NCBI GenBank assembly: GCA_047495785.1
Contig: JBLDXI010000020.1
Coordinates: 372,001 to 436,000 of the forward strand
Direction: 5' to 3'
Source: Lepidodermella squamata
Lineage: Eukaryota > Animalia > Gastrotricha
DNA: 64,000 nucleotides
Of the stretch, positions 35,664-49,369 are shown one piece after another; the stretch's first letter is position 1, and every line of letters starts with the position of its first letter. The position numbers were made by a program, and so were the translations under genes. Under the pieces are notes generated by a model that was not told where the DNA came from, did not search any database, and worked only from the letters and a program-made list of their open reading frames with translations.

Positions 35664-37955
35664 CTAGATAACAAAACGTATTTGTTTATTAATGTGGTGT
35701 AGTAGGCCACGCAGCACGGTCACAACTATGAGGTTATGAACCGGCAGGGTGCCAACGCAAGGGGCACAGCCGGCGACTATGAGGTCACCAGCCGGCGGGA
35801 CAAATCTGTGTGATTGACCAAAAAAGAGCATCAGTGATGTCAAAAAGGTCATGCCCAGGGTAACCCTGTTAGGCGAAGCACGTCGGTTGTCGGCGTTATT
35901 TTATTTTTCTTGTAATTAGATACGGCCAAGAATAACCTGGAGACCTGGTAGCACCAGGGTAGGTTGCGGCCAGAGTGGCCCGAGGTCTATCGTGTGTTGA
36001 CCACACGGTAACACTGGACTCCTCTTGGGAGGCCACATCCCCGGCTCCGTAGAGGGAGGTAGTGTCATCATCGGGAGGTGAGAAACACCCGTTGCTAAAC
36101 CGGCGATCTAGGGATCTATTTTCCGAGGAAATTCACTACGTATATAACGTCCCGACACCGTATTACCGAGACGCAGAGTCAGATTAATATTACGCTTGAG
36201 TCCTCGGTAGAGGGGGGCTGCCGCACTAGTGTAAGTGAGCGCCAAGCGCGGTTTGAGCGGCAGTTGAGGCTGCCAGGCGGGTCGACTAGAGTACCAAGGC
36301 CAGTCCTTGCCAGTGGTAGACGTCAGGGTGCGGTCAGGGTGCGGGGCAATGGAAGATTAGCTTCGAGTACGCATCTTCTTCCAGCCTTAGTTGCTGGCGA
36401 CGTAACTCGCCGACTGGAGACGAGCAGAGTTGCCATCAGCTTCATTGTCACCTTCATCGTCAGCGCTGTATATAGTATATAGGGTCTTCCCGGCAGCATA
36501 GCAGAGCAGCGGAACCATGGGCGTTAAAGAGCTCCCATTCATTCATTTCAAAGGGTCTCCGCCTAAAAAAAGCACGTTTTACGCGCTCTTTTATTCAAAT
36601 TTTATTTTGACATATGATCTAAGTCAATAATAAAATACAATTTAATATCTAGTTGAAATATATTATTATTCTATGACAAATGGTTTTTCACAAGTCCTTC
36701 TCCATCGGCAGCTTTCAGCTTTCGGCTTTCAGCGGTCGTAGTAGTAGCAGTAGGGGTAGTAGTCTAGTGGTGTTCTTCTTGTTTTCCACCGTACCGCGTA
36801 CCGTGTATAGACCGTCCGCAGTCCTGCGCCGCCCGTCTGCCGCTATTTTTTCACTTGTGTTTACCTTTTCTGTCTTATTTATCAGCGTTGAAATCTCTTA
36901 AATTGCGTTTATTTTGTTGGAGAAGCCATTCGTTAACTGCAGCCATTGTAGCCTTAACCCAAACGGCAAGGCTTTTTTGATTGTTCATTTTATAAAATTC
37001 GTATATTGACGCTTGTAAACTGTAAACGGCAGTTGGGGATCTATTTATATGTCTCTAGTGTGTTTCTAGTGTGCGACAACTATATTTATCTTGTCCTAAT
37101 TATGATCGAGCGATATTTAGGGAGTATTACGCTCGTCTGGAAGCTGAATTTACGAAATAGTGCAGATAAATGTTGGGCGATCTGCTTTGATTGTGAACTG
37201 ATTTTTGGGTTTTGTTAGAACCGAAAATGGAAGCATTACCGTGCTTCTTGCTTATATATGTTTTCTTGTTTGCTGCTTTTGGATATTTTTCTGGATATTG
37301 ACGAAGGCTATTTATTGGTTATTGAAGCCGGCAGCCTTGGCTTACTAGCCGACTGATTTATGATTTATGGCACCAATCATCAATCTATACGTTGGAATTT
37401 CGTGCATGTTGCAGATTGGAAGTCGAAACAACTTTCAATTACAAGAAGGAAGGATTTCCCATTATTCATAAATCTACCCTATGCTCGACTTTGGGAAACG
37501 TCATTCATACTAATTTGCTCGGCGTACTCGACGGGTGCGGCATTCCACATGATTATGAGCCCTCCGAGGGTGTCAACTTATAATGTCTAAGATGTAGCAC
37601 GCCAATTGCTCGAACTTAATCAGCGCTGAGACTCCATTCCCATCGAGGCTCCACGTTTAATATTCCACATGTAGCGCTGCAATTTTTCCCGACTTCCCCC
37701 TGAAGCGGCTCATAGTTCAAAGCGAGAAAAATGCTGAATTGGTCGCGTTTAATGTAGCTGTCTTGGAGGTCATTACAGTCCACTGCTGTTGATTTCCCTT
37801 GAAAGCTCAGCACGTTGAGAGATCTCTTATTATCTCGATATATTCTTGTTCTAGTATTTCAACTACTATGTTATCATCTACTATCCTTTTGAAGTTGATA
37901 ATCATATGATGAATTCCCGGTAGGATGTTGATATGATAATGAGAAGGCGGAGATT

Positions 37956-40900
37956 ATGCGTATAACGGGGATTTTGGTAATTCACGTTTCCTTGTTTCTG
38001 GTTAGTTATGTCTATTTTCCGTGTATTCACTTTTTCTTATGTTCTCATCTTTTTATCTAGGCGGGAAACGTGATAACCACCATCAGAGGCCAGGCACAAT
38101 CGTATCCGACTGGCTTGGTAAGTTATTTGTTAACTTATTGTTATTTGCCATGATTGCTTTTTGTGTGTCAACATTGAGCATTTCTTGCGAAATGATGCGA
38201 TTCTTTAGAAACAACAAAAACAAGTATTTTCACACTTCCAAGGCGCTGTTGTATTAACGTTGCTTTATAATAAGCCAACGGAGACTTATGTGCTTCGCAT
38301 TGTCACTTGATAGGACATTGATTTTCAATACCAGCAGGCTATTCGCAAAACGTCCCCGCGTTTACAGCTCCTATTTTGTTACATAGTGGATATTTTATTT
38401 GGTCTTCATTATGTACATGTATGTAATGCGCGGCTCATCCTGTTGGCAAACAGCAGAAAACCAATCTTTGCGACTAGTTGTAGACTATGAATAAATGCTG
38501 GGACGAGGAAGGAGCCAATAGTACTTGTTTATGCCCGCCGATCTTTTAAATTCATAATGGCATGTATAAGCTAAGCGTCTGCTGCCTTTCGTCATTGCCG
38601 TTTGCTGAAAAATTTCTACTAACACGCAGCAGTTAGTTGTCCATATGGTTATTATGGGTGGCGCACTGTTTGTGGCTGATCTAGCTGGCGCCCTAAATGC
38701 GATCGATGTCTCTTTCTCTGGGGCACGGCAATGTGACAGCGGACGTTGCCTGTAAGCTCTGTATTATAACGCACATCCGCTCCGAAATTGGTTGCGCCGT
38801 ACTGAGAACAGAACTCTTCATTAAGGGTGATAATTTGGCTGCTATCTAAGGATACATGCGCGCTACGAATTTTTACGGCCGGTCATTTATTTATCGCCTT
38901 GAGTGTTGAATCGCAAACTATTTGCGATGGTCATTCGCTAAATTTTTTATACTATTTATCCCGTCGTATATTCAATTTTCAGTTGGGAAAACACAATTAA
39001 GGAGGGTTTAGCAAAAAAAAATTGTGATGAAAATTTATGTGACCGCGCAGTGAGGCGAGCTGCCATTAGATCTACTTATTATGGACTAACGAATCCGAAA
39101 ATTGTTCATTTTTCAGGACACCGTGATGATAATGAGTGCTAATGTTTTTTTTTTGCTTTTACGTTATTATAGCGTGACGATGAAGACTTCGCATCGCAAG
39201 GCAGCGGCAGTGGCTCGGAACCGCCGGCGGTGGAAACTCCGATGCAGAGCTCAGGATCAGGTAAGAAATGATCGCCGGTGCCGCAGAATTTCTCGTAATC
39301 GATCGTTTTCGTTGGCCAATAAGTGGGGCTAATAGTCGTGTTTTTATTTGCGGACATGCAAATGTTATTATGATTTGACGATAAGACGAAAAAATAATGC
39401 ATTGTGGAAGATTGAAGCACCCATTGCTTTAAAATGTAGACGTCAAAGGTGTCAGTCCATTCCTGTGATAGTAGGCAATTTATGTTTATTTTAATTTGGT
39501 TATGATTTAATTTTAACAGTTCACTGTAGGAAATCGCACATTTTTATCCTTGAACTGAAACTATCCTTTAGAAATCAAACACGCCATGCACATATTAATT
39601 AACCGTCCACTTCTAAAAATAGTAGTTACGCCGAAAAATCATAAAAAAACGACTAATATGTAGTGAACTGTCGTTTTTAATATTTTTTATATTTCCTGTT
39701 GTGTCATGTGTCTACCAACTTCCCTATTACTACTTGCTGTTGTAGAGCCATTAGAACCCGCCACAAAGGGATCTGAGGATAACCAGAGGATGGAGGTGGC
39801 GACTACGCCCGTGCTGATTTACTCTACGCCAACCACGCCCAGCTCAACGCCCTCAACAAGGCGGACCTCGACCCCCTCGACGACTACCTCGACCTCGACG
39901 ACCACAACAACGACGCCGTTGCGAACGAGCACCACGTCGGCGCCGTCCTACTTCGTAGTTACCGGTGTTGAAAAACAAACAACTACGGGTATCACCTCGC
40001 AGCTCGACGACTCGTGTCTTCCAGTCAGTTATATTCCGTCTTACCCGTGGCCGGTCAAGATCTATTGCAATCGCGAATCAAATTCTCTGCGAGCCGTTTG
40101 TCTAGTCGGCCCGCCACCCCAGACGTGCTACTGCGTCGACCCCGTCGGAGGCAGCATTCTCTACGATGTGGTTTACCCCAATTGCGGCCCAGGTTTGTTT
40201 CGAACGGCCTCCTCACCCGTCACAGGGTTTCCACAACTATCTACTAAAATTACTAAAAAAAACCTCATTTATTTTTTTGTGCTTGCTCTTTCACATGCAT
40301 GCTTTGAATGTTTGTTTGTTGAATGTTCGTATAATTTAAAATTGCGCACGATTTCCTTGCCTGAGCACTTTGATCGCGGTGTCGTCCTTTTCAGCCTTCA
40401 TTGTTCATGTTGTATGTGTTGTAGTCAATTTTCGTGGCCACGAGAATGGATTGGGCCTCGTTCAAGTTGAATTCAATTTAAAAGTCATCTGGCGTTTCAT
40501 TAAATAATTCCCCCATTGTTCGCTTGTTGAATTGAATAATTATTGAGGGAAGTGGCCCTAGCGCTGTCAGTTGAACCGTCATGTCTCGCTCGCTCGCTCT
40601 CTCTCGACAGGGTTTCCGTCTCTTTGCGCGGCGCGTGTGCTTCGAAGCTGCTCGTTAATTTTATATAGGGGCCTACCTGTAAGGATAAGTGTAGTTATAG
40701 CTGCTATCTGGCCTTGTGTGAAATTTCACTAAGCCGCTTATGTCACCATGAGTGACGCGTATATTACATTTCCTAGCGGCCTGGTATGTATTTTGCCGTT
40801 GATAATTATCATCGCAGCCGGATCTTGGTGCACCTTTGAGCTGCGAAAGTGACATAACGACGCGTTAAAACAGTTTGCGCGCATACAGCGATAATATAGG

Positions 40901-43552
40901 CTCGGAAATTGATGGAAAAAGGTGTTAGAGGGCTGCCGCAGTCGTCGCGCGTAGTTAAGGTAGTAGCTGTAGTATAGTAGTGATATTGTTATTTAGATCT
41001 GGATGTTTATTATTGATTTGTACGCATGGCAGCGTGTGGTGCGATATAATAACAATAGATTCGCGACGCGGCATCGTTTTTGCGCGCGAAATCCGCATTT
41101 GCTTGATTGCGAATCGCGGCGGCGAAACGTTGGCGATGGATTTTCTATGGATTTATGTTCGTGCCTCGCGCTCTTGGTCATTTGTCATGTGGAGAGCAGG
41201 CGTGTGTGTTGCGTGTGTGATTTTCAAGTGCAAACTATGCGCCGATTTATTGAACATGCCGATGAAGTTGTAATAATAATAGTAATAGAGAGACACAGCG
41301 AGAGACATGCCGAGCTTGTTTTAATGAAGACTGTAAACAAACGGCGGCGGCTTTTGGCGGCGAAGGAATAACATATAAAATAATAATCAGGTCCGGCGAT
41401 ATGCAATTAACCGGTGCACGAGTAAACAGCAAATCTTTTGTCTTCGGTGTTGGCTTTACTCTCGAGGCATGCTTACTTTTCGGATGGATATATCATAACC
41501 CATCAGCGGGATTTTCTTATTGTCCCACGGACGTGTCATGCGAGTGATTGCCGAGAGATGCTAAGGGCGAGAAACACGTTGGCAAGGTCACATTCGAGTT
41601 GTGTGAGTGAAGGTGTGCGTGTGTGTGTGGTGATGTTTCATTGATGAAAATGATTTGAAAAAAAACCGACGATGAAATGAGCGTTGAAAAAAATCTTTTA
41701 AAAAATTACCCCATTTTCCTCGAATTTCTCACAAAACGATCATTATTGTTTTATTGATTTATTGAAATTTTCTCACAGTGACGCGGACCACACCCATTGC
41801 CCCTCTTCAGCCAAATCCTACAACGACGCAGCGTGCGAAACCGCCGGCGAAAACCACGCCGACTGTTGCACGGGCACCGTCGACCACACCGCGGCCAACA
41901 CAGAGGACGACCTCGACACGACCGGTTCAACCGACCCTCCAAACAACGACGTTCGAGACGTCGAAAATCGTAAGTGCTTTCCCGCTCGAGTGCGTTTTCG
42001 ATGCAAATAGCGATAAAATAATAAGTAACTCGATATTAACAAAGATGTATATTTTTGTAAGCTGAGCAATCGAGCAATGATGATGTTCATAATCGGCGCT
42101 TGATTTTTCCATTTAATTGTTGTTGCTATTAAGCCGCTTGTAACACACGGCCGGCAATGGCGCGATTTCTTATCGGTGCGCTTTATTTCATCTAAACAAT
42201 GTTATTATTTGGCGTTTGTGTTTACGATTGAGCTACATATATTATGCCCATTTTCTACGCGTGCTACATTCTGCTCAACAGCGGTAATAAGTAGATGCCT
42301 GCGAGGTGAAGACGTCAGAACATTCTGTCTAGCTCGCGGGCGCCGGCGCCGCCTGCCCCTCATTCAACGCGCGTCGGAACCTGGTGCGGCCGCGGCCAGG
42401 TATACCTATGCTTGATGCGTGTCTCGCGTTGTTTGTGGGCCGGCCACAGCGATTCAGTGGAATAATTAGACATGCCGTTCGTATTCACCTTATTCGCTGA
42501 TATAATACATGCCTCTACTTAGCTGCGGCTTCGGATGGGCCGGTTGCTCCGTTGCAATGGTAATAACGCGCTCTTTATCGTATGTTTGTCCGATCGTGGC
42601 GTTTCCCCACGAGATGTTATTGTTGTTATTATTACTAAGCAGTCGGTTGTTTGTAAATGCGTACTTCATAATGGGTATCATACCCCTACCTCAGCGCCAT
42701 TATTTTCGCGTATTATTCGGCGACCATGCATACCTGCTTGCGTAACGGGTCACGTCTGAACCGACTGTCGAATGGCTAATAATTAGCACATGCTTCAGTG
42801 TTGTATTATTTCGGTAATATGGACCTGCCGCCCGATGGCCAGACATCGTTACCTGTGGCGCCTTCACGCTTGCTGCTCGTAGTGCACTTGCCGCGGTCAA
42901 TTTGTAGCCTCGGAACCCCGTCGCGCTTCATCTCATCAAAGCGGCCTTTTCCCGCCGCCCGCCGCCACAGCCGCTTAAATCGATCGCATTTCACGCAGAG
43001 CGATTGTCCGATAATGTGTAGATCTTGTCAAGTGTAAACTCGATTGCTCAAAAATAGGAAGAAAAAAACAAGCGCGCGGCTTACACTTTATTGTTCCGGT
43101 AAATACTTCGACCGTGCTCATAAATAATTATGCGCGCAGCCATTTGTCGCTTTAATGCCAGTATTGAATATGAACAATGAGTGACTGCACTGACTGAGTG
43201 TTTTTTTCGTCTCCGCAGGATCAAGAATTATTGGAGGCGAGGGCGGATACCACAAAGAGTAAGCGGATACCGATGATGAAAAGGAAAAAGAAAACTAAAC
43301 GAAGTGTTAATTGCTTTTTCGACAGGTTGGGATCAAGGAGTTCCTGTTATTGCGACTTTCATGGGCCAGCCCGGCCTCTTGGCCGCCATTATTTGCGGCG
43401 CTGTCGTGGGCCTGCTCACCGCCGTCCTCCTCGTCATGTTCCTCGTCTACCGCATGCGGAAAAAGGACGAGGGCAGTTACGTGATCGAAGAGCCTTCGAA
43501 ACGTGTGCCGCTTGTCCAACCCTACGAAAGAACTCGGGAATACTACGCGTGA
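37956..43552 (+). CDS. SDC: Syndecan; predicted exons 37956-38000, 38061-38117, (39117-39122), 39173-39260, 39746-40192, 41780-41969, 43220-43259, 43326-43552
   Basis: TM GLLAAIICGAVVGLLTAVLLVMFLV, C1 YRMRKKDEGSY, PDZ tail EYYA. Upstream exons splice in frame: signal peptide MRITGILVIHVSLFL|AG, Ser-Gly GAG sites DDEDFASQGSGSG, Thr-rich mucin stalk. Confidence 0.9.
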
Positions 43553-46500
43553 TGTGTGCAGAAATTTGAAATAGATTGCAGTAGTAATAGTAGGCTCAAT
43601 ATCTTTCTTGTTTAATCTCGCGTCCAGAATTTCTCAACGAGATGCTTTCTTCAGACTCCACCGTCAGTGCCGCCGATATTAACACTTGATTAGCTTCAAA
43701 GTCATTGATAAATTATGATTATGATGATAAACATGTCAAGTTGACTGAAATCAAACGAAGTGATGTTTCTGCACACTCTTATTATCGCGTCTCTGGGAAG
43801 CATCTCATTGCAAGAGGAGGCACCGTTTGAACGATACCTACGGAGATACTGCGAGCCAACTGTCTTTTTCTAGAGGAAATTTGCGAAATCACGCGTATGA
43901 GTACCGAACATTGCCGCAGTATGAGCGCTTTCATATCATAACGATTACAATATTTACTGTCGATTCAACTTGTGAATGCGTGTACCGTACCTTTTTATTC
44001 TGAGAGGGTAGAGCCTTACTGCGTAATAGCTCCATCAAGTATTAGCCTTCTTCATAATCAATTTTAGGTGCATAAATTAATTGTTGCTGATTGATTTCAT
44101 GATATATTTACTTAGCTACCATTTCGTTACTTTGGCGCTACATGAGTGCATGTTTAATTTTCACTCACTTGCTGTCAACTTGATTCCGATTGTCCGCTCG
44201 TAACAATCATCGAAGACGCAATTTACAGCACAATTTTAATAACGATACCGCCGTTTGCTCACTTATTAAAATTCATGATTTCCTTAGCTGTTCTCAAAGT
44301 CGAAGTGATTTTTTCCCCTAGTAGATCGACGACTATTTGTAGCATTAGTCTTCATGCTGCTGTTCACTTGAAATATTTCTCGTTCGAATATGTTTGTTGA
44401 GTTTTCCCCCAAACTAAGTTGATTTTTTTTTCATTTAAAATTATTTATATAAAGATTTGATTAATTATTATGTATAATTTTACTTCAAAACACGCGCTTC
44501 GTTTATGTTGGAATTCTTGAATTGAGCGTATAATAATAATAATATTTTATGAATTGATTATACAATGATTAGAAATGTCAATTGTTGTCTGGATACTTAT
44601 CCTCATCTCTAGTTACTTACTTCCGTTCAAAGCCTGTTTTTATACTTTCTTATGTGGCAGCGTGTCGAACCAAGTTTTTTACCGAGTCTCTCATTCTTTG
44701 CCCACATCTCTCCGTCAATCATCTTGTTACTTCAGTCTCTCTCGTCGCCGGATTTCTGGAAACAAGTGCCACAAATTTATATCATATACTTCTTCGTGAA
44801 GCATGGGGATGAATTTTTCGTTCGCTTCCATGTAAAAAATGAACAACTATACCTCTCGCAAAGAAATGATTATCAGTCACAGCAATAATGATCGTTCCCG
44901 TATGATTTCAATGATAGCCGAATTGAGACGACCAATCTCTGCCTGACCTCGACATCGGTTTTACTGTTAAGTGACGGAGACAGTTGCCATAGCTGTTTCT
45001 TCGCACTTGCTTTTATTTGCGTACAATTTCTAAGCTAAGATTTTATCCGCTTACTCGAAAATATTTGTTCGCCTAAAGCATTTACTAGACAAATTATTGC
45101 GTTGCACATAGTACGATAACTGCAGCTTCCTTCCTTTGTTCGTATTGTGTGTTTGTGATGCCTGCTCCTTTTTTCTTGTTTTCATCAAAGCGGGCGTTGA
45201 CACTTTGCGCCGGGCTGTTGTACTACTGCGCAGAATGGATATCATTCGCTGCTTGTTTGTGTCACCTGCAGTGTTTGTTTTTTGTACTCAGCGGTATTCG
45301 CCATTACGCTGTGTATCTTGCGCCGCTGCTATTGCGAGATGATTATACAAATTTCCGGAAACATCAACGTCTTGTGTCGTTTTATTCACTGTCGTTTGAA
45401 AAATAAATGGTCTCTGCTCAGCGAATATCGAAAATGGGGTGTCTTTATTAAAGCTATTTAATCCTACGGAAGCTCGAATGCTCACTTGGAATGAACCCTG
45501 AGGGCAAATGATGCAATACTCTTTAGTAGTTAGTACATTGCAGAACATGTGAAAACGGCAAAAAAATCGATCTTGGCACTTCGACACCCGAAACTATGAT
45601 AGACAACGGATGATGGCAGTGCTCAGAGACATCTGCAAGTAGCATTGGAGAAATATGTCCAATAGCGAATTCGAATATTTTCTTCAGCTGCCGAATTTTC
45701 AGTTATACGCCATCGTGAGAAGTTTACGATAGGTGTCTCAAATTTATCTGAAAAATTTATCTGAAATGCATGCAAGGCAAGAGTCCCTGGACGCTTATGC
45801 CATTAGGTTGCATTAGGTGCCACACTATGTCCCGTCTTAAATCATGGTAAGAATGGACAAGTTGCAGCAATATCATACATCGTTGTCCAAAATTACTTGA
45901 GATAGTTGAAATTTCATTGCTTCCCTTAAACACTAGGATAGCGTTCAGATCGTCAATAGCCACCTCTTCAGCAGGGTAATTATGGGAAGGTAGCTGTTAA
46001 TACTTTTGTCTTTAGGCTTTGCAGGTGATCAACTTTTCAGGGTCGAACATGTGGGGATTTTACTCGAAAGCTACTCGTCTCATCAACTTTCTCTCGATAT
46101 TGAACCCACGATGATCAGAGAAAAAGTCTATCGCGGAAGAAATTCAAGCAATGCGACATGCGCGAATTGGATTTCGTTGGGGGATTTAACTTTAACATAA
46201 TAACTTTAACATAGAATTCAAATTATATCCAATACAGTTTAAAAAAATCGAAAATTTCAATCACATTTCCTCTGGGCTAATCGCGTCGAAATGCCTCAAC
46301 ACAGTTCAGTTTCAGAGGAATTTATGTTGACAGAATATCCAGGCTTGAGTCGAAATGCTCTGCTCGCAACTTAAGACATAAAAAGTTTGATTCGAACCTC
46401 TTGACTCGGACTGACTCCGACTCTTCCGTCCGACTTGACTCGGACTTGAGAATCCGTGCGTCGTTATATAATTGATCTGCTCATGCAAGCATTCCTCTAG

Positions 46501-47063
46501 CCACCATAGTAAGTAGGGGGGATAATATCCAATGATCCCCCTACTTTTAGCCTGCGTGGTGATCCGCTTGCTGTCCACGTGCCTGCATACGCTTTGATGC
46601 ACGTGAACACTACTTGATTCACTGTGCATCATCTGGCCATATTAATCTGTCACTGACAACTATTAATTACTTAGGGGTTGGTACGATTTGTCTGGCTTTT
46701 ATCGAGGCATCCTTGGGTATATTAACCAGATAAATAGTAACAGTAGTAAATTTTGTACACTCTTGGGAGTTGAAAAGTCAAAAGCTGCACCAACCCACAA
46801 TTGGGAAAGGGAAGTGATCCTTCATGGTCTTCCAGCTTCCCGAGCAGCACCGATTTTCTGAATGAAAATTTCTCCTTCCTCGGGGGCTCCTCCATCATGT
46901 TTTTATATCCAACCATTTTCCATGATGGTATCCGTCTTTGGTTTTTTCGGAAGGTCCGATTATCGCAAGCCCCCAGGCATTTGCCAAGTTTTCCCAATGG
47001 AAAATCAGGCACGGTCCTCGAACCCAGAGCCACATATCGCTGGGGGATAAGGCGAGGCACACA

Positions 47064-47255
47064 TCGCGACTTCCGCGCCAGAACAGTGTGCCGGAAATAG
47101 AAACAAATGACGTAATGCAATTGATGCGCGGCAAAAACTGGCGTTCACTTTTTTCTAGCGGTCAGGAACGTGACTGACTTGGCGGAGATGCAAAAAGATA
47201 GTTTTACGCCATTTGTTTCTATTTCCGGCACACTGTTCTGGCGCGGAAGTCGCGA
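47064..47255. mobile_element. MITE with near-perfect ~50-bp terminal inverted repeats
   Basis: tcgcgacttccgcgccagaacagtgtgccggaaatagaaacaaatg at 47064 has its exact reverse complement ending at 47255. Confidence 0.85.
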
Positions 47256-47701
47256 CATGTACCTTTTGTACAGGTGAATTCGTGTCGATAGATCTCCATC
47301 ATAGCCTCATGACAAATTTGTTCTGACTAATTCAAACAAGCTGAGCATTCAAGCTGAGGAAGCCGATGGAGCAGAAAACAGAAAAGAAAAGGCCCTTGGA
47401 AGAACTGGCAACAAACGCGCTTGCCATTTAGTAGAATTTACTACTATCAACTTTATATTCTATTTTATACGAAATATTGAAATTAATTTAAATTTAATAA
47501 TTTGATAGCAAAATTTGTTAAATAATAAGATCCAATCTGCGACCTTCAACGTAAAGCGTTCTTAGCCCCGGCTTGGCGACACAGGCCAGAATCGAAAACT
47601 CTATTTGCTCTGTTCGTTTCAACTTTCATGTAAGTTAGCGCTCCATGCTTTATTTTCATTCGCCTGCTCTATGTTTTCTGTTATCTGTTTGATTATTTAT
47701 C

Positions 47702-48100
47702 TTGAGGTCAGCTGACTCTTCAGTTAGTAAATTCAATATTTTATCTCTTCATCAACGATGGACCATTAGAGATCTCCAAATGACTCATAAAATTATTCAC
47801 AACCATAGCATTATACCACCTAGTGATTTCTATATTCTACCTTTTTCGGATAAGACTAGGTCATGTCACAACAGCAAATTGATTCTCCCACCATGGCATC
47901 ATAAGTTTAGGTACTCTTCCTTTGTTATTCGCTCTTCGCTTCTATGGAACTCACTACCAAATGAGTTAACATGTATAATTTCTTCTTTGATATTTAACTG
48001 TAAAATTCATAAATTTGTTGTTTCATCTTTGCCTATTTTGCCTGTATCCTAATTTGTCTATTCATTGTTCTTAGTGTGCGTTAACTTGTCTTATATGCAC
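47702..48100 (+). mobile_element. CR1/L2-like LINE 3' fragment
   Basis: LSLHQRWTIRDLQMTHKII…TRSCHNSKL…SFVIRSSLLWNSLPNEL matches the CR1-group ORF2 C-terminal pattern (F..R....WN.LP). Confidence 0.8.
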
Positions 48101-48357
48101 CATTATGGATATAATTTTCGATTCAGTCCCGGACGCCTTAAGTCAGCGCTCGTTCCGTCATTTGTACCTATTTTCATTATGGATTGTTTATATTATAGTT
48201 TAACTGGTGCAAAAGAACGGTGAAATAATAAAGTTTGAAGTTTTTTTTTTTTGAAGTTATGAATGCTGCAACAAATCTTCCGACTCTTGACTCTGGAGAA
48301 TCTCGTCCATCGTATGTCCTTAGATTATTCTTTGACAAACTTACAATAACGCAAAGA

Positions 48358-48622
48358 CAATGGCGGGGAGCGTAGACATGGGGCATCCAGGGGTAACACT
48401 GCGTCCCCAAGACTTTACGGCCACGCTAACTTTGAATTGAGCTGGTCGATTCGATTGATTTCTTTCAGCTTTTGGCTCAAAAAGCTCGCCGAAGTAGTTT
48501 TCGCTAAATTTTGTCTGCAATTTGGGCGTTGCACCGTAATCGAATATGTCACTAGTCACTACCCACATCAGGTAGTGGCACCCTAAGGACTATCCTAGGG
48601 AAATTTCCATACCTCCGCCACT
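48358..48622. mobile_element. Degenerate hAT-like MITE
   Basis: Begins caatggcgg, ends ccgccact (CAGTGGCG-type short TIRs), with GC-rich subterminal motifs (ggggcatccagggg…cccc). Confidence 0.4.
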
Positions 48623-49369
48623 CCGTAAAGGTTAGTAAAGTCGAAGCAACCTTTCCCTTATAGCTGAATGTGAGACAAGAAAATACGAAATACTACAACA
48701 AATATTATGGGTGATTGTTGGCGCGTCCTGAGTGCATTAGCATTTACCATTGACTGAACTGTTGAAGAGTTTAGCTTTGCGCGTATAAATCCAGATGTGA
48801 TCGTTATGAATTGCTTCTTTCTGTCGAAAGCTTTCGAATGACGGAATGACATGGCAGAATTGAGGTTCATATGCTGCGAGCCTGTGGACAGATCCGAGCA
48901 TTCTGAGTCTGAGAAGGGTTTAGAAATGAGTCGTTAGTCGAAAAAAGATGTTCTGTTCCCAAGCTGATATTTTCGAGGAATGCTTTGTCCTTTGTCAAGG
49001 ACGAACTGTATGTGAATTGGCGTATGTGAATGTGATTATCATTACCACATTTTTATTTTATTGTCAGGAAAACTGAAAATACAAGTAACTTGAGGCTTCG
49101 CCGTTGATTTTTATTAATAATGACTTCACAAGAATTCAGTCACTTATTGTGTAGTTGTTAGTGCGAAATTTCTATTGATTGACTCCCGCATTTTTTCCTT
49201 AGCAATCTTGATGCTGAAATATTAGTTGAAAGTTTGGTTGCTATATTTGTACAGTGAAGCCTCTATCTTGATCTCTTGTGTTCATCTATGTTGACCGCGC
49301 AATTTTCAGAGATGTGCGACAGGCATGTTGGGATTTATGAATTTGCTTTGAAACTTGATAGGATTTAAA

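Noticed and set aside
36005-36066. Twister ribozyme-like words (TAACACTG … GTAGAGGG)
   Set aside because: The P4/L4 loop and the two pseudoknot pairings could not be built.
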